A stretch of 47,454 nt of DNA. Source: an uncultured delta proteobacterium. Lineage in GTDB: Bacteria; Myxococcota; Myxococcia; Myxococcales; Myxococcaceae. A model generated the notes under the pieces. The model saw only the letters and a list, made by a program, of their open reading frames with translations. It was not told the DNA's origin and did no database searches. Position 1 is the stretch's first letter, and the number at the start of each line of letters is the position of its first letter. Both the position numbers and the translations under genes were made by a program. Where the stretch lies: assembly GCA_963776345.1 (NCBI GenBank), contig CAVZMH010000008.1, positions 1 through 47,454 on the forward strand. Direction: 5' to 3'. This document shows, in pieces, positions 1-8,984 of this stretch.

Positions 1-13
1 CGGCGACAACGGC

Positions 14-74
14 TTGAAATGTCGAGGGCTGGCCGGTAGAAGAGCTTGCTTCGGCGCGCCCCGGCTGGTATGGC
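14..74 (+). promoter_or_regulatory. Tandem sigma70-like promoters upstream of infA
   Basis: TTGAAA(14-19)-N17-TAGAAG(37-42) and TTGCTT(46-51)-N17-TATGGC(69-74), the second followed by a GC-rich discriminator-like GGCGCGC. Confidence 0.5.
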
Positions 75-119
75 GGCGCGCTTTCTTTCGTCTCTTGGAA
101 GGGCTGCAAAGGGGTCGTT

Positions 120-341
120 TTGCCGAAGGATGATGCCATCGAGGTCGAGGGGACGGTCATCGAGCCGCTCCCCAACGCGATGTTCCGGGTGGTCCTGGAC
201 AACGGGGGCCACAAGGTGCTCGCGCACATCTCGGGAAAGATGCGGATGCACTTCATCCGGATCCTCCCCGGCGACAAGGTGAAGCTGGAGCTGTCGCCGT
301 ACGACCTCACCCGGGGTCGCATCACCTACCGGGCGAAGTAG
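120..341 (+). CDS. infA: Translation initiation factor IF-1
   Basis: [24 protein letters not shown]...[39 protein letters not shown] start. Confidence 0.98.
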   Translation: MPKDDAIEVEGTVIEPLPNAMFRVVLDNGGHKVLAHISGKMRMHFIRILPGDKVKLELSPYDLTRGRITYRAK

Positions 342-421
342 CTCCCTTTGGGATTCCACGGACGGAGTGCATTTCAGGGAGTGGCGCCGGCATGGGCCGC
401 TCGACGGGAGTCGGTGTCGCC

Positions 422-538
422 ATGAAGGTCCGCGCGTCGGTGAAGAAGATCTGCGACAAGTGCAAGGTGATCCGCAGGAAGCGGGTCGTCCGGGTGATCT
501 GCGCGGCGAACCCGCGTCACAAGCAGCGCCAGGGCTAA
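422..538 (+). CDS. rpmJ: 50S ribosomal protein L36 (Zn-ribbon form); absent from the ORF track
   Basis: Manual translation [38 protein letters not shown]; lies between infA and rpsM. Confidence 0.98.
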   Translation: MKVRASVKKICDKCKVIRRKRVVRVICAANPRHKQRQG

Positions 539-572
539 GCGCCCCAGGCTCGAACGAGGAACCAGAACCAGC

Positions 573-965
573 ATGGCTCGCATCGCCGGCATCGACCTTC
601 CCCCCGCCAAGCGGGTGGTGATCTCGCTCCAGTACATCTACGGCATCGGCAACAAGGCTGCCCACGACATCGTCACCAAGGCGCGCGTGGACTTCGCTAC
701 CCGGACCAAGGACCTCACCGAGGAGCAGACCCGCACCATCCGGGAGATCATCGAGTCCGACTACAAGGTGGAGGGTGATCTGCGGCGCGAGGTCACCATG
801 AACATCAAGCGGCTCATGGACCTCGGCTGCTACCGCGGCCTGCGCCACCGGAAGGGCCTGCCCGTCCGCGGCCAGCGCACCCACACCAACGCCCGGACCC
901 GCAAGGGCCCGAAGCGCGGAATCATCCGGCCCAAGGCCACCGCCCCGACCACCACCCGGGCGTAA
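573..965 (+). CDS. rpsM: 30S ribosomal protein S13
   Basis: [10 protein letters not shown]...[28 protein letters not shown]. Confidence 0.98.
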   Translation: MARIAGIDLPPAKRVVISLQYIYGIGNKAAHDIVTKARVDFATRTKDLTEEQTRTIREIIESDYKVEGDLRREVTMNIKRLMDLGCYRGLRHRKGLPVRGQRTHTNARTRKGPKRGIIRPKATAPTTTRA

Positions 966-996
966 CGCTTCCTAGAGAATCCGAGAGACCACCCGA

Positions 997-1446
<450 letters not shown>

Positions 1447-1468
1447 ACCATCTTCCTGGAGAACCGAT

Positions 1469-2095
1469 TTGGCCCGCTACACCGCCAGCGCCTGCCGTAT
1501 CTGCCGCCGCGAGAACCTCAAGATGTACCTGAAGGGGGACCGCTGCTACACCGACAAGTGCGCCATCGAGCGCCGCCCCTATCCGCCGGGCCAGCACGGC
1601 CAGGGCCGGGTGAAGTTCAGCGGCTACGGCGTGCAGCTCCGCGAGAAGCAAAAAGTCAAACGCATGTATGGGCTGCTCGAGTCGCAGTTCCGGGGCTCCT
1701 TCCACCGCGCGGCCACCGCCAAGGGCAAGACCGGCGAGACGCTGCTCCAGCTGCTCGAGCTGCGCCTGGACAACGTCGTCTTCCGGATGGGCTTCGCCGA
1801 CACCCGCGCCGAGGCCCGCCAGCTGGTGCGCCACGGACACTTCCAGGTGAACGCCAAGCGGGTGAACATCCCCTCCTTCGAGGTGAAGCCGGGGAGCGTG
1901 ATCGAGGTCGCCGAGAAGAGCCGGAAGATGATCCGCATCGCCGAGGCGCTGGAGACGGTGGACCGGCGCGGCATCCCCCAGTGGATCGACCTGGACAAGA
2001 AGGCGATGAAGGGCACGGTGAAGAGCGTCCCCAACCGTGAGGACCTCACCATGCCCATCCAGGAGCAGCTCATCGTCGAGCTTTACAGCAAGTAA
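1469..2095 (+). CDS. rpsD: 30S ribosomal protein S4 (Cys4 Zn-binding form)
   Basis: [15 protein letters not shown]...[14 protein letters not shown]...ARQLVRHGH...[13 protein letters not shown] start. Confidence 0.98.
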   Translation: MARYTASACRICRRENLKMYLKGDRCYTDKCAIERRPYPPGQHGQGRVKFSGYGVQLREKQKVKRMYGLLESQFRGSFHRAATAKGKTGETLLQLLELRLDNVVFRMGFADTRAEARQLVRHGHFQVNAKRVNIPSFEVKPGSVIEVAEKSRKMIRIAEALETVDRRGIPQWIDLDKKAMKGTVKSVPNREDLTMPIQEQLIVELYSK

Positions 2096-2188
2096 GTCGT
2101 CGGCAGTCGCAGCACGAGGAGCGCGTCCTCCCGTCATCCGGACGGGTACGTCGGTGGCGCCGCTCGTTCACGGAAGGAAGAAGCAGCC

Positions 2189-3217
2189 ATGGCCGAAGCA
2201 TTCAACGCGAAGAACTGGCGCGATCTCATCAAGCCCCGGCGGATGGAGATCGACGGCGAGTCCCTCTCCCAGACCTACGCCAAGTTCGTGGCCGAGCCGC
2301 TCGAGCGCGGGTTCGGGACCACGCTGGGCAACTCGCTCCGCCGCGTGCTCCTGAGCTCGCTCCAGGGCGCCGCCATCACCTCGGTGAAGATCGAGGGTGT
2401 GGAGCACGAGTTCACCACCGTCCCCGAGGTGACCGAGGACGTCACCGACATCGTGCTCAACCTCAAGGAGGTCCTGCTCCGGATGCACACCAACGAGCAG
2501 AAGACGCTCCGGATCGAGGTGGAGGGCCCGAAGGAGGTCAAGGCGGGCGACATCATCGCCGACGACCAGGTGGAGATCCTCAACCCCGGCCACCACATCT
2601 GCACCCTCTCCGAGGGCGGGAAGCTGCGGATGGAGATGACCTGCCGCCGCGGCCGCGGCTACGTGCCGGCGATCAACAACAAGAACCCCGGGGACCCCAT
2701 CGGCACCATCCCCATCGACGCGCTGTTCTCGCCGATCCGCAAGGTCAACTACCAGGTCACCAACGCCCGCGTGGGCCAGGTGACCGACTACGACAAGCTC
2801 ACCCTCGAGGTCTGGACCGGCGGCTCGGTCACGCCTCAGGACGCGGTGGCCTACGCGGCGAAGATCATCAAGGAGCAGCTGACCGTCTTCATCAACTTCG
2901 ATGAGACCGAGGAGCCGGTCGTCGCCGAGGCGCCGAAGGAGGAGGCCAAGCTCAACGAGAACCTCTTCCGCAGCGTGGACGAGCTCGAGCTCAGCGTCCG
3001 CAGCGCCAACTGCCTCCAGCAGGCGAACATCAAGACCATCGGTGACCTGGTCCAGCGCACCGAGGCCGAGATGCTGAAGACCAAGAACTTCGGCCGGAAG
3101 TCCCTGAAGGAGATCAAGGAGATCCTGGCCGAGATGGGCCTGTCCCTGGGGATGAAGCTGGACAACTGGCCCCAGCGGCCGGGCGCCGTGGCCGCCCCCA
3201 GCGAGCCCAAGGCGTAG
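2189..3217 (+). CDS. rpoA: RNA polymerase alpha subunit
   Basis: [22 protein letters not shown]; alpha-[15 protein letters not shown]...[10 protein letters not shown]. Confidence 0.99.
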   Translation: MAEAFNAKNWRDLIKPRRMEIDGESLSQTYAKFVAEPLERGFGTTLGNSLRRVLLSSLQGAAITSVKIEGVEHEFTTVPEVTEDVTDIVLNLKEVLLRMHTNEQKTLRIEVEGPKEVKAGDIIADDQVEILNPGHHICTLSEGGKLRMEMTCRRGRGYVPAINNKNPGDPIGTIPIDALFSPIRKVNYQVTNARVGQVTDYDKLTLEVWTGGSVTPQDAVAYAAKIIKEQLTVFINFDETEEPVVAEAPKEEAKLNENLFRSVDELELSVRSANCLQQANIKTIGDLVQRTEAEMLKTKNFGRKSLKEIKEILAEMGLSLGMKLDNWPQRPGAVAAPSEPKA

Positions 3218-3270
3218 GCGAGCAGTACCCACCCCGGGCTCTTCCCTCCGAAGGGGAGGAGCCCCTTCGG

Positions 3271-3300
3271 CCCGGGTACCTGACACGGCCCGGGAAAGGA
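3271..3300 (+). promoter_or_regulatory. Candidate L17 ribosomal-protein leader hairpin next to the rplQ Shine-Dalgarno
   Basis: CCCGGG-TACCTGACACGG-CCCGGG immediately followed by AAAGGA; from memory, resembles the hairpin found between rpoA and rplQ in Actinobacteria/Proteobacteria. Confidence 0.5.
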
Positions 3301-3308
3301 CGGCGACG

Positions 3309-3695
3309 ATGCGTCACCGCGTCGGACACAGGAAGCTACAGAAGACCACCCCCCACCGGCTGGCCATGCTGGACAACATGGTCACCTCGCTGCTCGAGCA
3401 CGAGGCGATCAGGACCACCGTCCCCAAGGCCAAGGAGGCGCGGCGGCTGGCGGATCGGATCATCACCCTCGGCAAGCGCGGGGGACTGGCCAACGTCCGG
3501 CTGGCCGAGCGCAGCGTGCGCAGCCGCGCCGTGCTCCAGAAGGTCTTCAGCGAGCTGAAGGACCGCTACGCCACCCGGCCGGGGGGTTACACCCGGCTGG
3601 TCCGCCTCGGCTTTCGCACCGGCGATGCCGCCGAGATGGCGCTGCTGGAGCTGGTGGACCGTCCGGCCAAGGCCGCGCCCGAGAAGAAGGAGTAG
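3309..3695 (+). CDS. rplQ: 50S ribosomal protein L17
   Basis: [10 protein letters not shown]...[12 protein letters not shown]...[27 protein letters not shown]. Confidence 0.98.
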   Translation: MRHRVGHRKLQKTTPHRLAMLDNMVTSLLEHEAIRTTVPKAKEARRLADRIITLGKRGGLANVRLAERSVRSRAVLQKVFSELKDRYATRPGGYTRLVRLGFRTGDAAEMALLELVDRPAKAAPEKKE

Positions 3696-3723
3696 GGCGC
3701 GTCAGCCTCGCGAGCGCCCGTGC

Positions 3724-4158
3724 TCACTGGAGCTGGCCCTCCTTCAAGAGGAGCACGCTCCCTTTCCGGGTGTGGAGCTCGATGTCGCTCGCCTTCAGGT
3801 TGAACGGCGCGAGCTTCCCGTTGTCCCCCATGAGCTGCTTGGGGGTGATGGTCACGAAGGCGCGCGGCTCCACATGACTGATCGCCGCGCGGTAGGTGTG
3901 GTTCACCACCACCACCACGTCCTCCCACGCCCGGTCGCTCTCGTTGGAGAGCACGTAGGCCGGGTGTTCCGTCTCCTCGCCCATGATCAGCCGCGCTCCG
4001 AGCGAGGTGCTCGGGCCGACCAGCGTCGGGGTGCCGGGACAGGCCACGAAGACGCCGGCCAGACTCAGCACCGCCCAGGCCGCGAGGATGGCCGCCTTCA
4101 CCTTGAAGTACCGGTCGGCGTTGCGGAAGTCCTCCCAGGTCTCCCGGAGGATGGCCAT
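3724..4158 (-). CDS. Hypothetical single-pass membrane protein
   Basis: Likely start at MAILRETWEDF; one hydrophobic segment (AAILAAWAVLSLAGVFVAC) followed by a beta-rich domain; start uncertain. Confidence 0.65.
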   Translation of the reverse strand: MAILRETWEDFRNADRYFKVKAAILAAWAVLSLAGVFVACPGTPTLVGPSTSLGARLIMGEETEHPAYVLSNESDRAWEDVVVVVNHTYRAAISHVEPRAFVTITPKQLMGDNGKLAPFNLKASDIELHTRKGSVLLLKEGQLQ

Positions 4159-4433
4159 CACGTTGAGCGCGGTGCTCTCGGCCCCGGAGCGGATCCGCGT
4201 CTGCAGGGGGAGGCCGTCCTCGTCCAGCGCGACCGGCTCGCTGCGGGCGGCGCTCACCGTTCGACCGGCGAGGTACGCGGCTTGATGAGGCGGCAGATTC
4301 CGTCCGGGCGGTCGCATGCGGCAGACACGAAGTGTACACGAGACCAAACCGCCGGCCTGCCCTGTCCGGCCGCGCTCACCGGTGCTGTAGTCGTGCCCAG
4401 CGTGTTCTCGACCTCGAAGGGAGCCCCCGCGCC

Positions 4434-5612
4434 GTGAAGGAGGTCTACATCGTCGCCACCGAGGACGCCGAGCCGCTCGGCCCGGAAGCCATCGGCGAGG
4501 CGTTCGAGACCGACGACGTGGCGGTGGAGCTCGACGAGGCCCCGGGGAGCTTCCGGCTTCGCTCCGCCGAGGCGGACATCGCGGTCCGCTTCGAGGCGCT
4601 GGAGTCGCCGCTCGGCTGGACCCCCGAGCTCCTCACCGGGAGCGAGAGCGCCCACGCCCGGCTCCGGCGCGCCCGCGGCCTCTACCGCCTGGCGTACGAG
4701 ACGCCCCAGGGCAGCCAGCCCACGGTGGGCGTCTTCGAGGCCCTGTGGTGCGTCCGCGGACTGCTGGAGCGGCGGGAGGGGGTGCTGCTCGACGCCAGCG
4801 CCTTCAAGCTCCACGAGGAGGAGGACGTCCGGGAGATCACCGAGCTCGACTTCGACATCCGCGACCACGTGAACCTCCACGCGCTGGAGGCCGCGCCCGG
4901 GGACGCGCCGCTCTGGGTGCACTCGCACGGGATGGCGAAGTTCGGGCAGCGGGACGTGGAGATCTTCCACCTCTCCGAGGCAGATCTCCTGCCCGCCGAG
5001 AGCTTCCTCCACGAGCTGTGCACCGACCTCGCCTTCGGAGAGGGGCCGGTGCCCCGCACCCCGATGGAGACCAGCAACGGCGAGGCCTTCATGCTCGTGT
5101 CCTCCGAGGAGGCCCGGCACCGGATGCTGGGCAGCGTCCCGCCGGACACCTTCGAGGGGCACGAGGGCGAGTCCTGGACCGTGGTCTCTCCCGAGGGGCG
5201 GCACACCACCTCCGAGCTGCTCCGGCCCTACCGGAGCCGCTTCGAGCAGGAGGACCCGACGCGCTCGGAGGCGCTGGCCTCGCAGGCGGCGCGGCTGCGG
5301 CCGGCGTTCAAGGCCCGCTTCCACCGCCGCGGGCTGATGGAGCCGCTCACCTTCCTGGTCCGCGCGCCTTTCGAGACCCACCCCGACGGAGAGGCGATCC
5401 ACGAGAACCTCTGGCTGGAGGTGCTGACCTGGGAGGAGGGGCGCATCACCGGGAAGCTGGTGGACGGCGCCGCCCAGACGACGGAGTGGCGGAAGGGCGC
5501 CTCGGTGGAGATCGACGAGGACAGCGTCAACGCGGTGGCCATGGGCCGTGAGGGGCGCCCGCTCGACGACGACGAGATGCAGGGTGTGCTCCTCGCCGAG
5601 CGTCCGAGCTGA
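4434..5612 (+). CDS. Acidic conserved protein with C-terminal DUF2314-like region
   Basis: GTG start after GAAGGGAG; WVHSHGMAKFGQRDVE motif; C-terminal ENLWLEVLTWEEGRITGKLV; stop overlaps the psuG start. Confidence 0.7.
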   Translation: MKEVYIVATEDAEPLGPEAIGEAFETDDVAVELDEAPGSFRLRSAEADIAVRFEALESPLGWTPELLTGSESAHARLRRARGLYRLAYETPQGSQPTVGVFEALWCVRGLLERREGVLLDASAFKLHEEEDVREITELDFDIRDHVNLHALEAAPGDAPLWVHSHGMAKFGQRDVEIFHLSEADLLPAESFLHELCTDLAFGEGPVPRTPMETSNGEAFMLVSSEEARHRMLGSVPPDTFEGHEGESWTVVSPEGRHTTSELLRPYRSRFEQEDPTRSEALASQAARLRPAFKARFHRRGLMEPLTFLVRAPFETHPDGEAIHENLWLEVLTWEEGRITGKLVDGAAQTTEWRKGASVEIDEDSVNAVAMGREGRPLDDDEMQGVLLAERPS

Positions 5613-6526
5613 TGGAGGTCACGCTCTCCGAGGAGGTCGCGCAGGCCCGCACGCGCAGCGCTCCCATCGTCGTGCTCGAGTCGTCGGTCATCGCCCAGGG
5701 CCTGCCCCATCCGGTGAACCTCGAGGCCGCCCGGGCCTGCGAGGAGGCGGTGCGGCGGGCCGGGGCGGTCCCGGCGGTGGTGGCGGTCGTCGACGGCGCG
5801 GTCCGCTGCGGGCTGTCCACCGACGAGGTCCGGCGGCTGGCGCAAGGCCCGGACCGGCGGTGGAAGATCGGGGTCGGGGATCTCGCCTCGGCCGTGCTCC
5901 AGCGGGCGACCGGCGGGACGACGGTGAGCGCGACCTGCGCCGTGGCCGCCGAGTGTGGCCTGCCCATCTTCGCCACCGGCGGCATCGGCGGGGTGCACCG
6001 GGGCGACGCCGGGGACATCTCGGCCGACCTCGGCGCGCTGGCCCGGTACCCGGGGATGGTGGTCTGCACCGGGGCGAAGAGCGTGCTGGACCTGCCGCGG
6101 ACGCTCGAGGCCCTGGAGGCGCTCGGGATCCCCGTCCTGGGCTTCGGGAGCAGCGAGTTCCCCGCCTTCTACGCGGACCGGTCGGGGCTCACGCTCGAGC
6201 ACCGCGCCGACACGCCCGAGCTCGCCGCCGAGGCGCTCCACGCCCAGCGCGACCGGCTGGGGCTGAAGCAGGCGATCCTCCTCACCGTCCCGCCGCCGCC
6301 CGAGGTGGCGCTGGACCGGGACGAGGTCGACCGGGCGCTGGTGGCCGCCGAGGCCGAGGCGACGCGGCAGGGCGTCACCGGCAAGGCGGTGACCCCCTTC
6401 CTTCTCTCGCGGCTCGTCGAGGCGACCGGCGGCAGGACGCTCCGGGCGAACGTGGCGCTCCTGGCGAAGAACGCACGGGTGGCAGCGGAGATCGCCGTCG
6501 CCTATGCCAAGCTCCGGCGCGCATGA
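5612..6526 (+). CDS. psuG: Pseudouridine-5'-phosphate glycosidase (PsuG/IndA family)
   Basis: VVLESSVIAQGLPHP, GGTTVSAT, FATGGIGGVHRG, DISADL, GAKSVLD, GKAVTPFLL motifs. Confidence 0.92.
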   Translation: MEVTLSEEVAQARTRSAPIVVLESSVIAQGLPHPVNLEAARACEEAVRRAGAVPAVVAVVDGAVRCGLSTDEVRRLAQGPDRRWKIGVGDLASAVLQRATGGTTVSATCAVAAECGLPIFATGGIGGVHRGDAGDISADLGALARYPGMVVCTGAKSVLDLPRTLEALEALGIPVLGFGSSEFPAFYADRSGLTLEHRADTPELAAEALHAQRDRLGLKQAILLTVPPPPEVALDRDEVDRALVAAEAEATRQGVTGKAVTPFLLSRLVEATGGRTLRANVALLAKNARVAAEIAVAYAKLRRA

Positions 6527-6825
6527 CCGGCTTCGAGTGGCTGCTGCTGGAGCGGTTCCAGACCCCCGGCGAGGCCGAGCTTCTGGTGGCCTTTCTCCGT
6601 CGGGAGGGCATCGGCGCCGAGCTCCGAGGGCGGCACATGGTTGCGCTCGAGCCCGAGCCGATCGAGGTCTGGGTGCAGGAACGCAACGCGGCGCGCGCGA
6701 ACGAGGTGCTGGTTCGCTGGAGACGTCCGAGCACCGAGCCCGACGCGGTCTGCCCGGAATGCGGTGAGCAGAATCCTCCATCGTTTGAACGGTGCTGGAA
6801 GTGTGAGGCCGTGATCCCGACCTAG
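6523..6825 (+). CDS. Small DUF2007-like protein with C-terminal RanBP2-type Cys4 zinc finger
   Basis: ATGA overlap with psuG; EAELLVAFLRREGI; CPECGEQNPPSFERCWKC. Confidence 0.75.
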   Translation: MTGFEWLLLERFQTPGEAELLVAFLRREGIGAELRGRHMVALEPEPIEVWVQERNAARANEVLVRWRRPSTEPDAVCPECGEQNPPSFERCWKCEAVIPT

Positions 6826-6865
6826 GCGGGCGACCCATCACGGACCCGCCGGACGGACGCTGCGG

Positions 6866-6899
6866 CTAGAACTCGATCCCGTTCGCCGCCGGCTTTGGC
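6866..6899. repeat. Direct repeat, copy 1: duplicated 3' end of the lytic transglycosylase gene
   Basis: CTAGAACTCGATCCCGTTCGCCGCCGGCTTTGGC matches 8951-8984 at 32 of 34 nt; both read PKPAANGIEF* on the minus strand. Confidence 0.9.
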
Positions 6900-6961
6900 G
6901 GTACGGCTCGTCGGGCTCGTCTCGGCGCCTGCTCCGTCCGCGGCCGGCGAGCCAGGGACCC

Positions 6962-7017
6962 AACTGCTCAGGCAAGTCACCTGAGCAGTTCTCGAAAATA
7001 GTCAGGTGACTTGCCTG
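6962..7017. repeat. Nested perfect inverted repeats (11-7-11 and 16-17-16)
   Basis: AACTGCTCAGG(6962-6972)/CCTGAGCAGTT(6980-6990) and CAGGCAAGTCACCTGA(6969-6984)/TCAGGTGACTTGCCTG(7002-7017). Confidence 0.9.
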
Positions 7018-7152
7018 TCTTGTCGGGTGCTCGCGGGGCCCGGGCACCGCGGCAGCCAGTGCCGTGCGAGCGTGTGAAGGGCAGCCCTCCCGGACACCGT
7101 CCGCGGTCTTGGACGAAGGCGGATCGAGCGGACGCATGGCAGAGTCAGACGC

Positions 7153-8829
7153 GTGAGGCGGCTCGTCTTCGCGCTCGTGAGCCTGCTCTGGGCCTGCGCA
7201 TCTCCTGGCCCCGCGGGGCAGCCCCTCGACCTCGTCCTCGAGCACGGTGAGGTCGTCGACGGGACCGGTGCTCCTCGCTTTCGCGCCGATGTGGGCGTCC
7301 GGGGCGAGCGCATCGTTGCGCTGGGTGACCTCATCGGGGCGCCGGCCCGCCGCCGCATCGACGTCTCGGGCCGGGTGGTCACCCCGGGGTTCATCGACCT
7401 GCTCGGCCATTCCGAGCTCTCGCTCCTCGTCGACAATCGCGCAGAGGCGAAGGTCCGCCAGGGAATCACCACGGTGCTCGCCGGGGAGGGCGAGTCGGTG
7501 GCGCCGCTCGACGCCGGTGCAAGGGAGGAGTTTCACGACCTCCTCGAGCGCTTCCAGCTGACCATCGACTGGAAGACCCTGGACGGTTACTGGGCCCACC
7601 TCCGGAGGGCGCGGCCAGCGGTCCGCCTCGCCACTCTGGTCGGCGCGAAGTCGGTCCGCGCCACCGTCCTCGGCCGCGGGAACGTCCAGCCCACCTCCGA
7701 GCAGCTCCGGCGGATGCAGACCGAGGTCGAGCAGGCGATGGAGGAGGGCGCCTTCGGGGTCGGATCCTCCTTGCCGTACCCCGTCAGCCGGTACGCGAGC
7801 ACCGATGAGCTGGTGGCGCTGGCCGAGGCGGCTGGACGGCACGGTGGGTTCTACGCCACGCACGTCCGGGACGAGGGCAACGGGGTGATCGAGGCGATCG
7901 ACGAGGCGATCGAGATCGGCCGTCGCGCGCACCTGCCGGTGGAGATCTGGCACCTGAAGGTCTGGGGAAAGCGGAACTGGGGGCGGATGCGAGAGGTGGT
8001 TGCGCGGATCGAGCAGGCCCGGGCCCGTGGTCAGGACGTTTCCGCCGACGTCTACCCGTACCTCGTCGCGGCAAATCCGCTCGCCGCCGATCTGCCGGCC
8101 TGGGCCTCGGACGACGGGATCGAGGCGACGCTGGCGCGGCTCCGCGACCCACGACAGCGGCGGCGCATCGAGGAGGAGATCCAGGCGCGGTGGGAGCCGG
8201 GAGAGCCCGAACGGATCACGATCGCGGGCAGCTTCACCGGGCAGGTACGGGCGTTCGCGGGGAAGAGGCTCGACGCCGTCGCTCGGGAGCTCAAGATGTC
8301 ACCTGCGGCCGCACTGGTGGAGATCGTCCTGCGCGATCGGGGGAACACGACGGCGCTCCGGGACTTCGGATCCGAGGAGGACCTTCGACTGGCCCTCGTC
8401 CAGCGCTGGACCGCTGTCGGTCTGGACTGGGGGGCCGGAGCCATCGACGGACCACTCGCCACCGGAGCCGCCCACCCCAGGGGATTCGGGACCACGGCGC
8501 GGATCCTCTGCCGCTACGTGCGTGAGCAGCACGTGCTCAGCTTGGAAGAGGCCGTCCGGAAGATGACCTCGCTGCCGGCACGTCGTCTCGGGGTTCCAGA
8601 CCTGGGCGTGGTGCGCCCCGGAGCGGTGGCGGACCTCGTGGTGCTCGACCCGGCGGGGGTGATCGACACTGCAACCTTCGAGCAGCCCCGGGCCTACCCG
8701 CTCGGATTCGACCTCGTCGTCGTTGCCGGACAGATCGTGCTGGAGAAGGGTGTGCGGACGGATGCACGGCCCGGTGGACCGCTCCTTCGACCCGGGGCGC
8801 CCGCGGAACGGGTGTCGGTGACTCGATGA
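7153..8829 (+). CDS. N-acyl-D-amino-acid deacylase-like amidohydrolase, probably exported or a lipoprotein
   Basis: VVDGTG, PGFID.H, YATHVRDEG, EIWHLK, DVYPY, HPRGFGT, EEAVRKMTSLPA, ADLVVLDP; signal peptide ending LWAC. Confidence 0.88.
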   Translation: MRRLVFALVSLLWACASPGPAGQPLDLVLEHGEVVDGTGAPRFRADVGVRGERIVALGDLIGAPARRRIDVSGRVVTPGFIDLLGHSELSLLVDNRAEAKVRQGITTVLAGEGESVAPLDAGAREEFHDLLERFQLTIDWKTLDGYWAHLRRARPAVRLATLVGAKSVRATVLGRGNVQPTSEQLRRMQTEVEQAMEEGAFGVGSSLPYPVSRYASTDELVALAEAAGRHGGFYATHVRDEGNGVIEAIDEAIEIGRRAHLPVEIWHLKVWGKRNWGRMREVVARIEQARARGQDVSADVYPYLVAANPLAADLPAWASDDGIEATLARLRDPRQRRRIEEEIQARWEPGEPERITIAGSFTGQVRAFAGKRLDAVARELKMSPAAALVEIVLRDRGNTTALRDFGSEEDLRLALVQRWTAVGLDWGAGAIDGPLATGAAHPRGFGTTARILCRYVREQHVLSLEEAVRKMTSLPARRLGVPDLGVVRPGAVADLVVLDPAGVIDTATFEQPRAYPLGFDLVVVAGQIVLEKGVRTDARPGGPLLRPGAPAERVSVTR

Positions 8830-8950
8830 GTGCCGCCCGGTCAGCGAAAACGCTGGAACCAGCGGACGGCGGGAGGCGTACGCATCGAGGTGGGGCACCG
8901 CCTCGTATGCCCGGGAAACGGAGCGCCCGGGGACGATCTGGCGCCTCGCT

Positions 8951-8984
8951 CTAGAACTCGATTCCGTTCGCCGCCGGCTTCGGC
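8951..8984. repeat. Direct repeat, copy 2 (last 34 nt of the lytic transglycosylase gene)
   Basis: CTAGAACTCGATTCCGTTCGCCGCCGGCTTCGGC; partner at 6866-6899. Confidence 0.9.

Noticed and set aside
6826..8950. Integron cassette interpretation of the amidohydrolase islet
   Set aside because: No RYYYAAC...GTTRRRY attC boundaries and no integron integrase in the window.
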